Below, piece by piece: positions 19,125 to 29,325 of a stretch of 64,000 nt of DNA. Each line of letters begins with the position of its first letter. Position 1 is the first letter of the stretch. A model generated the notes under the pieces. The model had not been told where the DNA came from. It did not search any database and saw only the letters and a list, made by a program, of their open reading frames with translations. Origin of the DNA: Acholeplasma sp. (GTDB taxonomy: Bacteria > Bacillota_I > Bacilli_A > Acholeplasmatales > UBA5453); the NCBI GenBank assembly GCA_036677365.1, contig JAVBWN010000012.1:96001-160000 (forward strand), given 5' to 3'. A program made the position numbers and the translations under genes.

Positions 19125-22100
19125 ATGAGCATTATATTTATTGATTTTCAGAAAAACCTGACTGAAACGAAAACAAATAGATATTCCTTTTTTTGCTATT
19201 CATTAGAAGAACAGTATCAACACATCACATCGCGCATCCCAATAGAAAAAAACATAACAAATAGTTTACAAGAACTGATTGAAATCTGTTTCCCAACTAG
19301 GTTTGTTAAAAAATACTATTTTACATCATCCAATTTCAAGCGTGATAAGAGAGATGGTGTTAATGGAACAACCTTTTTAAACAATATCGTTATTAGACCA
19401 GAATTGACACCACAAATGAGGAGTTTCTTACCGGATAAAACCAACATCATCTTGATTGGTGATATTCAGGAAAACGATAAATACAAAACTTTCATTGTAA
19501 AAGGTATCGAACTCATTGATGAATTTATATCAACAACCAATGATATTCAAATCAATGATAGCTACTGTGCCCATTCATTTGGCATGGGACAATCCTATTA
19601 TGGTAAACCATATACGAAATGGACAATTGATAATCCGCCACATGAAAGCTCTTTATTCACACCAGATTTTGTTGCAAATCTGATAAAAAACTGTTATCCA
19701 ATGTCAACAACAAGTGTAGTTCAAGTACATAAAGCCATTGATCAATGGCAAACTTATATCACCTTTAGACAAAAGTATCTCGAATTACAAACACAACGTC
19801 AATTTCAACTAGCTCAAGTAGAATACATCACAGCGTATTCTATCAATCGTCAAACTTACAATAGAAATGCTTCACAATATGAAGAAGACATAATTGTCGC
19901 CCATGAAGACTTTAAAAAAGGGGAACAAATACTACTCAAAAATCCTGTACCAGAATCTGAAGAAATCAATTTGATTGCGACACACATTGACTACAACAAA
20001 AAAACCTTCATTGAAAATAGCAAGCTTGATAAGCGTGGTTTTTTAGTTAATCCTGAAGAAAAAACACTTAGAATCATGTCCAGAGAAAATGTCGCTATAA
20101 GTAAAGTTAAGCCAACAGTAAATAATTACGATCAAGTACTTAAAGATAGCTTTACACTTGACGACCGCTATAAACTAATCAAACAAGAAATCAAACCTGA
20201 CTGTAAGAAAATTGTGAAGGAATATGACGATCTAATCAAACAACAAACCAAAGCCATTCAAGACCGTTATCAAGCATTGATTCAACAAGAAACACAGTCC
20301 TTAAAGAAAATAGAACAACAACGATTGGATGATGAACTAGAATCTACCATCCAAACCATTCGAAGTGAGTATGTAAAAAAACTAGAAGAAATCATTCAAA
20401 AAAATGATGATATAGAAATTCAAAACGAAATCAATCGAATGACTGAAGCCAAAGATAAAGAACTCAACAAAGAACTCAATTCAAGAATCAATAACATTGA
20501 TAAAAAAGAAAAAGATAGAGAAAGCTTAGTCAAAACTTTAAAGGATGCGAAAGAAAATAAACTCAAAGCATTTACAATGTCTATCGATGTTAAAGGTCTT
20601 TATGATGCGAAATTCAATCGAATGTTAGAACAAGTGAGTAAAGATCAAAAAACCAAAAACGATCAATGGATTAAATCCTTTGAAACTTCTAAAAAACTAG
20701 AACTCAACACGAAGTATAGCAACCAAATCATTCAAGAAATTGATAAGAAAAAAGTTGAACTAGATGAGAAAAGGGATAAAGAAATCGAACTCAAAATTCA
20801 AAATGAAACGATTCTTCGATTTTCTATATACTATAAGTTTAATGCGGAAAATTTCAATATAAGTAATGTGCAGTTTGGCTCATACAAGTGGCTTATTTAC
20901 GACCATAGGGCAGAAAAGGCAAAAATTAACCGTCAGGAGAATGCCCTTAAAAATTTCTTTGAAGGCAATGTCAAAAATCCATATTTATCTACTTACTTAT
21001 TCGCACCTAAAGAACTAAAGAAGAACTACTATGATTTCACTGAGTGGAAGTGGTTTTTAGAAAGTCTTAATGATAACCAAAAACTCGCTGTACAACGTGC
21101 GGTAGCAAGTAAAGGTATTTTCCTTTTACAAGGACCTCCAGGTACAGGTAAAACCCAAGTAATAGCAGAAATTGTAGGGCATTTAGTTCAGGATGGGAAA
21201 AAGGTATTGGTCGCCTCTGAAACACATAAAGCAATTGATAATGTGTTTGAAAGATTACCACTGCTAGCGGATATACGTCCTTTACGTTTAATTGCAACAA
21301 GATCCAATAAATCATCCAACTTTGGACCAGAGAACTTGGTTGATAACTTCTACGAAAATATTTCTAAGAACATGAGAAATATCATCAGAACCTATGAAAA
21401 GTTTAGCGAATATCGTGAGAACTTTTTTGAGACTTATCAAAAACAAAAAGTATTAAGTGATCGTATCGCTGCCAATAAAGCACTCATTGACAAAATCGAC
21501 AAAGAGATTAGGAAACTTAATATAAACATCGATGAGTTGAGAGCAAGTAAGCAAAAAGAAACCGATAAAGTCGATGAATTGATGACCCGCAATGATGAAC
21601 AAATTCGTACTAGAAGACATTTAGAACGTGCCAACCTCAAATTGGATGATGATATTGACGGTAAACTAATCAGTGACTTCATCCAAGAGTCCATGAAGCT
21701 AATCAAGAAAGAAAAAATGTTCATTCTAGATGAAACAGGCTTAATCATACAAAAACTGTTGTTGGTTGATATAAAGACAATTACAGAAGAAATCAATGCA
21801 ATCCTCTCTTCATCTAATGAAATGAAAATCGCACAAGAAACAGATATTATTAGACAACAATTAAACCAATACAAAGATGACTTTGGCGATTGGAAAGAGA
21901 ACACAGAACAATTTTACAAGCCACTACAAGCCAAACTCAAGGCTTTGCTAGAGCATAAAACGAATGGGATTGATTTTTCAGAATTGAAAATTTCAAAAAT
22001 CATTCAACCACAATATTTAACCACCCCAATACCACTCAAAACTTTGATTGAAAAGTATCAAACAGAGCTGATTGATGTTCGAAACAAGTATTACATCATT

Positions 22101-23642
22101 ATTGATCAGACCATTGAATCCATCACCAATAAGATGAATGAAATGAATTCGAACATCACAGCCATTGAATCCAAGATGTTTAAGATTGGGGAAACTATTC
22201 GGACCCTACAAGACGATGATGGCTATAAGAGTATACAAGAAGATGAAGCGAGATTGAGACGAGAAATCGCGAAATTCATTGAGACCTTTAATGTCGCGAT
22301 TGAATATAAAAATTATAATGAGGCTTTAGAAAAGATATATCAGGAGTATGTCGATTTGGATCGAAACTTCAAACAAAAAGAAGAAGCGAACAAGAAGATT
22401 ATTCCTATATACAAGAAAATCAGTGATTATTTGTTAAAGGATGAAGTTAGAGAAGCTGACAGGAAGAAATACACTAAACCGCTATTCGATAAAGTAAACT
22501 TGTTTGGAATTACCAATACCTCCAGAGACAGTTTCGGTGAAGATTCGATGGTTGAACTCGAAAAATATAATCTCGGTAGAATTGATTTGAAAGAAGAAGG
22601 CATAGATGTGGTTATCATCGATGAAGTATCTAAGTCTAGTTTCCTCGATCTACTGATACCAATACTGTACGGTAAAACAGTTATCTTGGTTGGAGATCAC
22701 AGACAACTACCTCCTATGTATGAGTTTAGAAACTTTAGACAAGAAGATTATGACAATATCGATGAATCGATTTTAACCAAAGGGATGAATGAGAAATTCA
22801 AGCTTTTATATGAAGAAAGCTTCTTTAAGACACTCTTCGAACTTGTACCAGAGGACTATAAAGTAATGCTCAATCAACAGTATCGTAGCCATGAACATAT
22901 CATGCAAGTGTATAACTGTTTTTACAACCACAAACTTCAATTGGGCAAGAAAACTCAAAATAGCGAGAAGGAACATCACTTAAACATCATTTCGAATCAT
23001 CGTCAGATTATTGAACCGAAGAAACACGTTTATTTCGTGGATTGTAAAAAGTTTGAATCCAAAGAAACAGACTCGACTTCGATATATAACTCCAATGAAG
23101 CGGATGTCGTTGTTGAACTCATTAAGCAAATCAATGAATCCTATAAATCTCATCCAAACTTTAAACCGGAGATCTCAAAAGATAGAGACGAGCGTATGAG
23201 TCTAGGTGTCATTTGTACCTATGGTGACCAAGCACGTGTCATCAAACAAAAGATGAAGGCTGCTAAGATCAAATTAGGTATGTTTAATGATAAACCAGAT
23301 GCGAGAACCATCATTTCAACAGTAGATGACTTCCAAGGGGATGAACGAGATATCATTATTCTATCCATGGTTAGAAACCCACAAAATAGAGGTAAGAGTG
23401 ATCCTGGATTTGTTACTGCATATCAACGCATCAATGTAGCTTTATCTAGAGCAAGAAGACTACTCATCGTTGTTGGTAATAAGAGTTATCTTGAAGATAA
23501 AGGGGTCATTGATTTACCGGATGTCGATGGCAAGGGTAAAGATCAAAAGAACTTCTATGTGTATAAGGAAGTCATTGGTGCGATACACCAATATGGTACT
23601 GTCTTCGATGATGAGGATGTTCTTGGTGGAGGTAGAAAATAA
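19125..23642 (+). CDS. Giant SF1B (UPF1/DNA2/NAM7-like, AAA_11/AAA_12) helicase with long coiled coils
   Basis: QGPPGTGKT, SETHKAIDN, IIDEVSK, LVGDHRQLPP, QYRSH, TVDDFQGDERD, RINVALSRAR. Coiled coils upstream of the core and inserted between motifs Ia and II. Confidence 0.9.
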   Translation: MSIIFIDFQKNLTETKTNRYSFFCYSLEEQYQHITSRIPIEKNITNSLQELIEICFPTRFVKKYYFTSSNFKRDKRDGVNGTTFLNNIVIRPELTPQMRSFLPDKTNIILIGDIQENDKYKTFIVKGIELIDEFISTTNDIQINDSYCAHSFGMGQSYYGKPYTKWTIDNPPHESSLFTPDFVANLIKNCYPMSTTSVVQVHKAIDQWQTYITFRQKYLELQTQRQFQLAQVEYITAYSINRQTYNRNASQYEEDIIVAHEDFKKGEQILLKNPVPESEEINLIATHIDYNKKTFIENSKLDKRGFLVNPEEKTLRIMSRENVAISKVKPTVNNYDQVLKDSFTLDDRYKLIKQEIKPDCKKIVKEYDDLIKQQTKAIQDRYQALIQQETQSLKKIEQQRLDDELESTIQTIRSEYVKKLEEIIQKNDDIEIQNEINRMTEAKDKELNKELNSRINNIDKKEKDRESLVKTLKDAKENKLKAFTMSIDVKGLYDAKFNRMLEQVSKDQKTKNDQWIKSFETSKKLELNTKYSNQIIQEIDKKKVELDEKRDKEIELKIQNETILRFSIYYKFNAENFNISNVQFGSYKWLIYDHRAEKAKINRQENALKNFFEGNVKNPYLSTYLFAPKELKKNYYDFTEWKWFLESLNDNQKLAVQRAVASKGIFLLQGPPGTGKTQVIAEIVGHLVQDGKKVLVASETHKAIDNVFERLPLLADIRPLRLIATRSNKSSNFGPENLVDNFYENISKNMRNIIRTYEKFSEYRENFFETYQKQKVLSDRIAANKALIDKIDKEIRKLNINIDELRASKQKETDKVDELMTRNDEQIRTRRHLERANLKLDDDIDGKLISDFIQESMKLIKKEKMFILDETGLIIQKLLLVDIKTITEEINAILSSSNEMKIAQETDIIRQQLNQYKDDFGDWKENTEQFYKPLQAKLKALLEHKTNGIDFSELKISKIIQPQYLTTPIPLKTLIEKYQTELIDVRNKYYIIIDQTIESITNKMNEMNSNITAIESKMFKIGETIRTLQDDDGYKSIQEDEARLRREIAKFIETFNVAIEYKNYNEALEKIYQEYVDLDRNFKQKEEANKKIIPIYKKISDYLLKDEVREADRKKYTKPLFDKVNLFGITNTSRDSFGEDSMVELEKYNLGRIDLKEEGIDVVIIDEVSKSSFLDLLIPILYGKTVILVGDHRQLPPMYEFRNFRQEDYDNIDESILTKGMNEKFKLLYEESFFKTLFELVPEDYKVMLNQQYRSHEHIMQVYNCFYNHKLQLGKKTQNSEKEHHLNIISNHRQIIEPKKHVYFVDCKKFESKETDSTSIYNSNEADVVVELIKQINESYKSHPNFKPEISKDRDERMSLGVICTYGDQARVIKQKMKAAKIKLGMFNDKPDARTIISTVDDFQGDERDIIILSMVRNPQNRGKSDPGFVTAYQRINVALSRARRLLIVVGNKSYLEDKGVIDLPDVDGKGKDQKNFYVYKEVIGAIHQYGTVFDDEDVLGGGRK

Positions 23643-25795
23643 TGCAAAAGTTCGAAACCAGTTTTGCCTTTCCCCTCATCAAAATGAATACGTTAATTAC
23701 GTATACTGAAGTAGAAAAGCCTACAGGTATTAGCTACTTCCTTTTGGTGCTGATCAATGAGTATTCAGACAAGTCCGTCAAAATCAGTCATTTATTAAAA
23801 CAATTTGGTGTACCCAACGATTTACATGAATTATTCGCTGATGAAATTCATGCCTTATTAAAGGCTGAAATCATAACCACTGAATATGGATATAATAAGA
23901 GTTATTTCCAGGAGTATCCACTAGGAAAATTCCAATTTACCATGAAAGGTAAAAAAGTATTTTTAGATGAAGCGATACCTTCAAATATCAATAAAACGTT
24001 AAAACAAGCGGTATATTATAATCCTGCCTTGAATCAATTAACATTAACAGTAGATCGAGACTATGGAAACATCGACACTTCTGTCCTTGGTGAAGCCTTT
24101 TTCAAACAATTTTCATACCCAGATAATGACCTAATCGAAGAGTATTATGGCACTAAGAAGGGGAATGGTCTTTCGATTAAAAAAGAAGAAATTATCTTAT
24201 CTGCCATTTTGCAAAATATAGATTACAACTTCATCACGTACCCAGTTACCATTTTGATTGAAGAGAACGATCAAATTGGTTTTGAATTTGAAGACATGAA
24301 GATTAAAGCTTTCTTTGAAAAATATTACACCAAGGAAATGATTAAAGACTTGATTCAGGTTAAAAACAAGTTCACTTTCACAATACCAGAAACGATTCAA
24401 ACCAAACTATCCACGATAGCCCCTTATAACCATATCTATTTACCAGAAGCGATTAAACAAAAACAAAATGAAAAATCATTGATTGATGTCAATCTAGATC
24501 GTTATCCAACCAATAATGCAAAATTGTCATATACATCAAAACCGATTCTAGCCAAAATCAATTCTGCCTTTGCTTTTGTAAAAATCATTGATATGAATCA
24601 TGCTTATGGCTATATCCCTGCAGGTATTACTTTAAGCAGTCATATATTTGGTCCGATTCAACTCAAACTATTGATTGAAATGTCACTTGATAACCCTCAG
24701 GTAAAAGCGATATTAGGCGATTTGGTGGATCAGTATAAAGAATTTGTATACGATGACAATGAACCATGGAACTATAAGTCATTATTACTTTTATGCAAGT
24801 TGAGCAATAGTCTACCGATGATTCAGGGGAAAATAGATCATTGGATGATTGATTTATCAAATGATGACCAAATTTCTATTTTAGGCAAAATTAAAGACAA
24901 ATCTGTCAATGAACCATTGGTATATGACTTTATTAAGAAAAAAGGATTAAGTCTATCTGATGCTTACTTTAGTGATATAAACTTAGACAACCTCGAAGTC
25001 AAATTAAACAATTCAGGGTGGATTTATAAAGCGAATAAACTATCGGATATTCAAGTACTACAAACCATATTTAGTAAGATGGATGTTTCAAAGTTGAACA
25101 AAATCAAATTGTACAATGCATTGGAGTCGTTAGGTTATCAATCCGAAGACATCCTTACATTCATGAAAGATTTCGTTCTTGATATCATCAATGACAATAA
25201 ATCATCTAATGGGCTTAGTAAATTGAAGTTGACACTCGATAACGCTTTAAAGACGCTCCAATCTATTACAGGTATCAAAGATCCCCATAATTACGCAATG
25301 AAAGATATTTTCCAAAAAACAGATTTTATTGACCATTATAGGGTCTATAGTGAATCCTTAAAATCATTATCTTTTATTGAAAAATACAACAAAGAGTTAC
25401 TCTCTGTATATAAAGATTTCGATCGATTGTTTTCGAACTTAAACGATCTCTTTGTCTTAGAGAGAAATGCACTTGGAAATCCGAAAGCAATCAATGAAAA
25501 ACTGATTGATTCAAAAATCAATTCAGGTGATCTTTTAAGTGCCGTAACCAACCTCTACGTTAAGTTATCATATATATGTAAAACTAAACTCAATATCAAT
25601 GAAGATTTTGTTCAAATGATTCAGACTTTGGAAAAGAAAGATTACATCGATAAGGACGAAACTGCAGTTCTTCATCAGTTCAGACAATACCGTAATGATT
25701 TAGAACATGCGAATGAAGTAAAGAAAGCATTAGATAAAAAGGATTTACAAGCGGTAAAAAGCATTGTCTTCAAATTGGAGGGTATGAAACTATGA
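23642..25795 (+). CDS. Helicase-partner protein with C-terminal HEPN-like domain
   Basis: TAATG overlap with the helicase; C-terminal LHQFRQYRNDLEH (RxxxxH) in helical context. Confidence 0.7.
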   Translation: MQKFETSFAFPLIKMNTLITYTEVEKPTGISYFLLVLINEYSDKSVKISHLLKQFGVPNDLHELFADEIHALLKAEIITTEYGYNKSYFQEYPLGKFQFTMKGKKVFLDEAIPSNINKTLKQAVYYNPALNQLTLTVDRDYGNIDTSVLGEAFFKQFSYPDNDLIEEYYGTKKGNGLSIKKEEIILSAILQNIDYNFITYPVTILIEENDQIGFEFEDMKIKAFFEKYYTKEMIKDLIQVKNKFTFTIPETIQTKLSTIAPYNHIYLPEAIKQKQNEKSLIDVNLDRYPTNNAKLSYTSKPILAKINSAFAFVKIIDMNHAYGYIPAGITLSSHIFGPIQLKLLIEMSLDNPQVKAILGDLVDQYKEFVYDDNEPWNYKSLLLLCKLSNSLPMIQGKIDHWMIDLSNDDQISILGKIKDKSVNEPLVYDFIKKKGLSLSDAYFSDINLDNLEVKLNNSGWIYKANKLSDIQVLQTIFSKMDVSKLNKIKLYNALESLGYQSEDILTFMKDFVLDIINDNKSSNGLSKLKLTLDNALKTLQSITGIKDPHNYAMKDIFQKTDFIDHYRVYSESLKSLSFIEKYNKELLSVYKDFDRLFSNLNDLFVLERNALGNPKAINEKLIDSKINSGDLLSAVTNLYVKLSYICKTKLNINEDFVQMIQTLEKKDYIDKDETAVLHQFRQYRNDLEHANEVKKALDKKDLQAVKSIVFKLEGMKL

Positions 25796-26907
25796 GTTAC
25801 TCAGAAATGATCAATTATGAAGCATTATCTCTTAAAGCAAAAGCCAAATGTAGTGTTGCACAACAAGCAATCGCACACATTGAACGTTTACTAGAATCGA
25901 TTAAAGCAAATGCTCAAACGATTCCATCCAAAAAGCTGATAGAGTACGAAAAATCACTATTAAAAGAAAAAGAAGACATTTTAAAACGAATTAAATCTAT
26001 AGAACAAAAGGCTGAAGAACAAGCAAAAATTGGCGTTAAAAGGATGAAGATCGGCACATCAGAAATGTTGATATATGAACATCGTAATGATCTCATCTAT
26101 GAAAGCGATAAACTCATAACGTTAGCTAATGAATTGATGACTACAAAACTTGAAGTGATGAATAGTTACATCAATGAAGAGCTAATCAATATCGCTAACA
26201 ATTCACAACAACAGTTAATGAATGCTGCTCGAGGTGTCATTAGCTTGCAACAACAGTTACTCAAACAACTGGATACCATCGAAGACATCACGTTAAGAGA
26301 ATCGGTTTATCGTGTAGCGATTGAACTCGAAAATCAGGAGAAATCATTTGAAGAATTGGTAGAATTAGGTCGAGAAAAACTCAAAGGACTCACTGAAAAC
26401 CTGTTAGAAAAGCACAGACAAACCATTCTTGAAGGCATTAGACGTGATATGGAGGCTTCTCGAGTGGATGCGTCTACGATTAACCAAACACTGAACTCAA
26501 ATAGTTCAGTTCAAGAAATCCGTGCTCAAGCAACCCATGAAATTGTAGGCGAAGAAGTCAGAAAAGAGTCGTTAAAAATCATTCTTAAAGCTATTGAGAC
26601 CAGAGGGTTCATTGTGGATAGAAAGAACAGCATTAAAATCAATAAGGATAAAAATGAAGTCCTTGTTATTGGTAAGAAAGCCAGTGGTCAAACAGCAGAA
26701 TTTAAAATATATCTAGATGGTCGTTTTTCATATAAATTTGATGGATTTGAAGGTCAAGCATGTCAAAAGGATATCGAGCCATTCATGAATGACTTAGAAG
26801 ATATCTATGGTGTGAAGATTACAGGTAGAGTAGAACTTTGGAAAAATCCAGATAAACTCTCTTCACAAAAATATCAAACTTATAATACCAATAAAGGTAA
26901 AAACTGA
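25792..26907 (+). CDS. Coiled-coil protein with DUF2997-like C-terminus
   Basis: ATGA overlap; C-terminal FKIYLDG...FDGFEGQACQKDIEPFMNDLE. Confidence 0.65.
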   Translation: MSYSEMINYEALSLKAKAKCSVAQQAIAHIERLLESIKANAQTIPSKKLIEYEKSLLKEKEDILKRIKSIEQKAEEQAKIGVKRMKIGTSEMLIYEHRNDLIYESDKLITLANELMTTKLEVMNSYINEELINIANNSQQQLMNAARGVISLQQQLLKQLDTIEDITLRESVYRVAIELENQEKSFEELVELGREKLKGLTENLLEKHRQTILEGIRRDMEASRVDASTINQTLNSNSSVQEIRAQATHEIVGEEVRKESLKIILKAIETRGFIVDRKNSIKINKDKNEVLVIGKKASGQTAEFKIYLDGRFSYKFDGFEGQACQKDIEPFMNDLEDIYGVKITGRVELWKNPDKLSSQKYQTYNTNKGKN

Positions 26908-26918
26908 GGAGGATTCAT

Positions 26919-28745
26919 ATGTCAATCAATACCAGTTTTGCAAAAATCAAACGAGAAATTGGCATCAAGAAATGCATCATCATCGATGGGAATGTTGGCG
27001 ATGTCTATTTGAATGATAAAGGTAAAATACAAAATATCAAAGAATCGTTGGATAGCATCCTCAAAGACTTAAAATACGATGACATCATATTTTGGGACAG
27101 AATTGATGGTGCAGTAGGGAATTTACAAAACTTACAGATCATCGATGAAACCAAGGTTGAAGGTGACAACTATCTAGATGAAGCTGATGAAGTTACACCT
27201 GAACCGAAAACAGGATTATTTAAACAGCCAGCGGAAATCTTTAATATTGTTTTGAAGAACTTGACCAACCCAAAAAAGAAAATTGCTTTTGTCTTAAACT
27301 GGGCGGAATACTTATTTGATGGTGGTGGCCAACAAATCGCAGGGGAAGGGTTAGATAATATTACCATCTTAGGCAAAGCACTCAAAGACAAAAAGATTGA
27401 TTACTACAATCCCGATGTGAATGAAAGTACCATCATATTCATCACCAACAAAATTTCGTTGTTTCCAATCTCGTTTTATCAAGGTAATCCAGAAGTAAGT
27501 TCAATAACATTGACTAAACCAGATCGTCTTGAACGTGAAAGAATGATGGAAAAAATCGAAGATTCATTCAATGTAAGAGTACCAGGAAATGTAGCACTGA
27601 TGTCCAGTGAAAAGAAAGCCGAATATGTAGATATGCTTGATGATTTTACAAATCGAGAAATCATTCAGATTTCCAAATTGTCACGAAAAGAAGACAAAAT
27701 GACTTTTGATAAATTGTTCTATCTGTTCAAATACGGTGAAAAAGAAAACCCATGGGAAAAACTCGATTACAATGAAGTCAAAAACATCAAGAAGCGTCTT
27801 TCTGAAAGAGTAGTTGGACAAGAAGAAGCCATTGAGAAAATCGAAAAGACCATCGTTAAAGCCTATATGGGTTTAACCGGAATTCATAAAACATCCTCTC
27901 GAAGTATGCCTAAAGGAATATTCTTTTTTGTCGGACCAACGGGGGTTGGAAAAACAGAATTATCCAAAGCTTTGGCTAAATTTCTATTTGGTGATGAACA
28001 AGCATGTATTCGCTTTGATATGAGTGAATACGCAACCGAAAACAGTGATCAAAAACTGATTGGTGCAGCTCCTGGTTATGTCGGTTATGAAGAAGGCGGA
28101 CAGCTTACCAACGCAGTTAAAGAGAAACCTTTCAGTGTTATCTTATTCGATGAAATTGAAAAAGCAGCCAAACCTAACCCACGTATATTAGATATATTCC
28201 TACAAATATTAGAAGATGGTAGATTAACCGATTCAAAAGGCGAAACCGTCTATTTTAGCGATACCATCATCATTTTTACCTCTAACTTAGGGGCTTCACA
28301 AGTTCAGATATCAGCAGATCACGAAGACGTTTCTAAACAATTCATCAAGATTGTGAAAGAGTATTTTGATACTGAAATTAGAAGACCAGAAATACTCGGT
28401 AGAATTGGTTATAGCAACATCGTACCGTTTAATTTTATCGTCGATAAAGAATTCGTCATGAAGATTGCGAAATCCAAACTTAAACCGATAAAAGCTGGTA
28501 TATTCGAGAAGTATCGCATCGATTTAGAGTTTGAAGATGAAATGAAGTTTGTTAACTACATCTCCACCAAAGTCGATATTGCTAAAGGTGGTAGAGACAT
28601 TTTAAATGCCATTAATGATCATTTATTAGAACCTCTAGCCATGTTCATGTTTAGCAATAAGAATGATTTATCCAGTTTTAAAGGCGGAAAGATTGTGGTT
28701 AAACTCACAGGAAGCGGGTTAAATTTTGGATTCGATATTAACTAA
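26919..28745 (+). CDS. ClpB/ClpA D2-like AAA+ ATPase with degenerate N-terminal module
   Basis: VVGQEEA, GPTGVGKTE, RFDMSEY, LIGAAPGYVGYEEGGQLT, LFDEIEKA, GGRDI. No Walker A in the N-terminal half. Confidence 0.9.
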   Translation: MSINTSFAKIKREIGIKKCIIIDGNVGDVYLNDKGKIQNIKESLDSILKDLKYDDIIFWDRIDGAVGNLQNLQIIDETKVEGDNYLDEADEVTPEPKTGLFKQPAEIFNIVLKNLTNPKKKIAFVLNWAEYLFDGGGQQIAGEGLDNITILGKALKDKKIDYYNPDVNESTIIFITNKISLFPISFYQGNPEVSSITLTKPDRLERERMMEKIEDSFNVRVPGNVALMSSEKKAEYVDMLDDFTNREIIQISKLSRKEDKMTFDKLFYLFKYGEKENPWEKLDYNEVKNIKKRLSERVVGQEEAIEKIEKTIVKAYMGLTGIHKTSSRSMPKGIFFFVGPTGVGKTELSKALAKFLFGDEQACIRFDMSEYATENSDQKLIGAAPGYVGYEEGGQLTNAVKEKPFSVILFDEIEKAAKPNPRILDIFLQILEDGRLTDSKGETVYFSDTIIIFTSNLGASQVQISADHEDVSKQFIKIVKEYFDTEIRRPEILGRIGYSNIVPFNFIVDKEFVMKIAKSKLKPIKAGIFEKYRIDLEFEDEMKFVNYISTKVDIAKGGRDILNAINDHLLEPLAMFMFSNKNDLSSFKGGKIVVKLTGSGLNFGFDIN

Positions 28746-29319
28746 TCAAGTCAAATTTAATGTAGCCAGAATCATCACAGTTTCTGAAGTAGAAGGACCA
28801 TTTAAACGCATGGCCATTTGGTTTCAAGGGTGTGATATCAACTGTTTTGGTTGTTGTAATCCAGAGTTACAACTTTTTAAAGTTGCTAATATCATGACAT
28901 TTGAACAGATTCTTCAATTAATCATTGAGACTAAGGATAAACACGGCATTGAAGGTGTGACTTTTTGTGGTGGGGAACCCTCTCTTCAACAAAACCTACA
29001 TGTATTGGGTTTAAAACTTAGAGAGCTAAACATTGGAACCATTATGTTTAGCGGAAAGTACATAGAGCAACTACCCAAAGCACTGGTAGAATCGATGGAT
29101 ATGATTTTGGATGGCCCGTTTATTCTAAGTAAATTAGAAAAAGAAAGAAGATTACTCGGTTCAACAAATCAAAGAATCATAAATATAACCGATCGCTATA
29201 AAAAACATACGAATTGGTTTTATGATAAGAAAGAAATGATTCAAGAAATAAACATGTCTGAGGCACTCTATTTTAATGGGGATGCATTGGTTGATAATGA
29301 CCATAAATCAGAAAGGTAA
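28726..29319 (+). CDS. NrdG-like radical SAM [4Fe-4S] protein
   Basis: EGP..R..IWFQGCDINCFGCCNP (CxxxCxxC), GGEP, DGPF, GSTNQRI. TTG start overlaps the AAA gene. Confidence 0.88.
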   Translation: MDSILTNQVKFNVARIITVSEVEGPFKRMAIWFQGCDINCFGCCNPELQLFKVANIMTFEQILQLIIETKDKHGIEGVTFCGGEPSLQQNLHVLGLKLRELNIGTIMFSGKYIEQLPKALVESMDMILDGPFILSKLEKERRLLGSTNQRIINITDRYKKHTNWFYDKKEMIQEINMSEALYFNGDALVDNDHKSER

Positions 29320-29325
29320 TGAAAA

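Noticed and set aside
19125..25795. Assigning helicase plus partner to Mokosh
   Set aside because: No Ser/Thr kinase or PLD HKD motifs seen; the partner ends in a HEPN-like motif.
26919..28745. Calling the AAA+ gene clpB/clpC
   Set aside because: Only the second ATPase module is intact; no Clp N-domain, D1 Walker motifs or M-domain.
28726..29319. Calling the radical SAM gene nrdG or a viperin
   Set aside because: No nrdD nearby; the short activase-like sequence does not resemble viperins, so no symbol was given.
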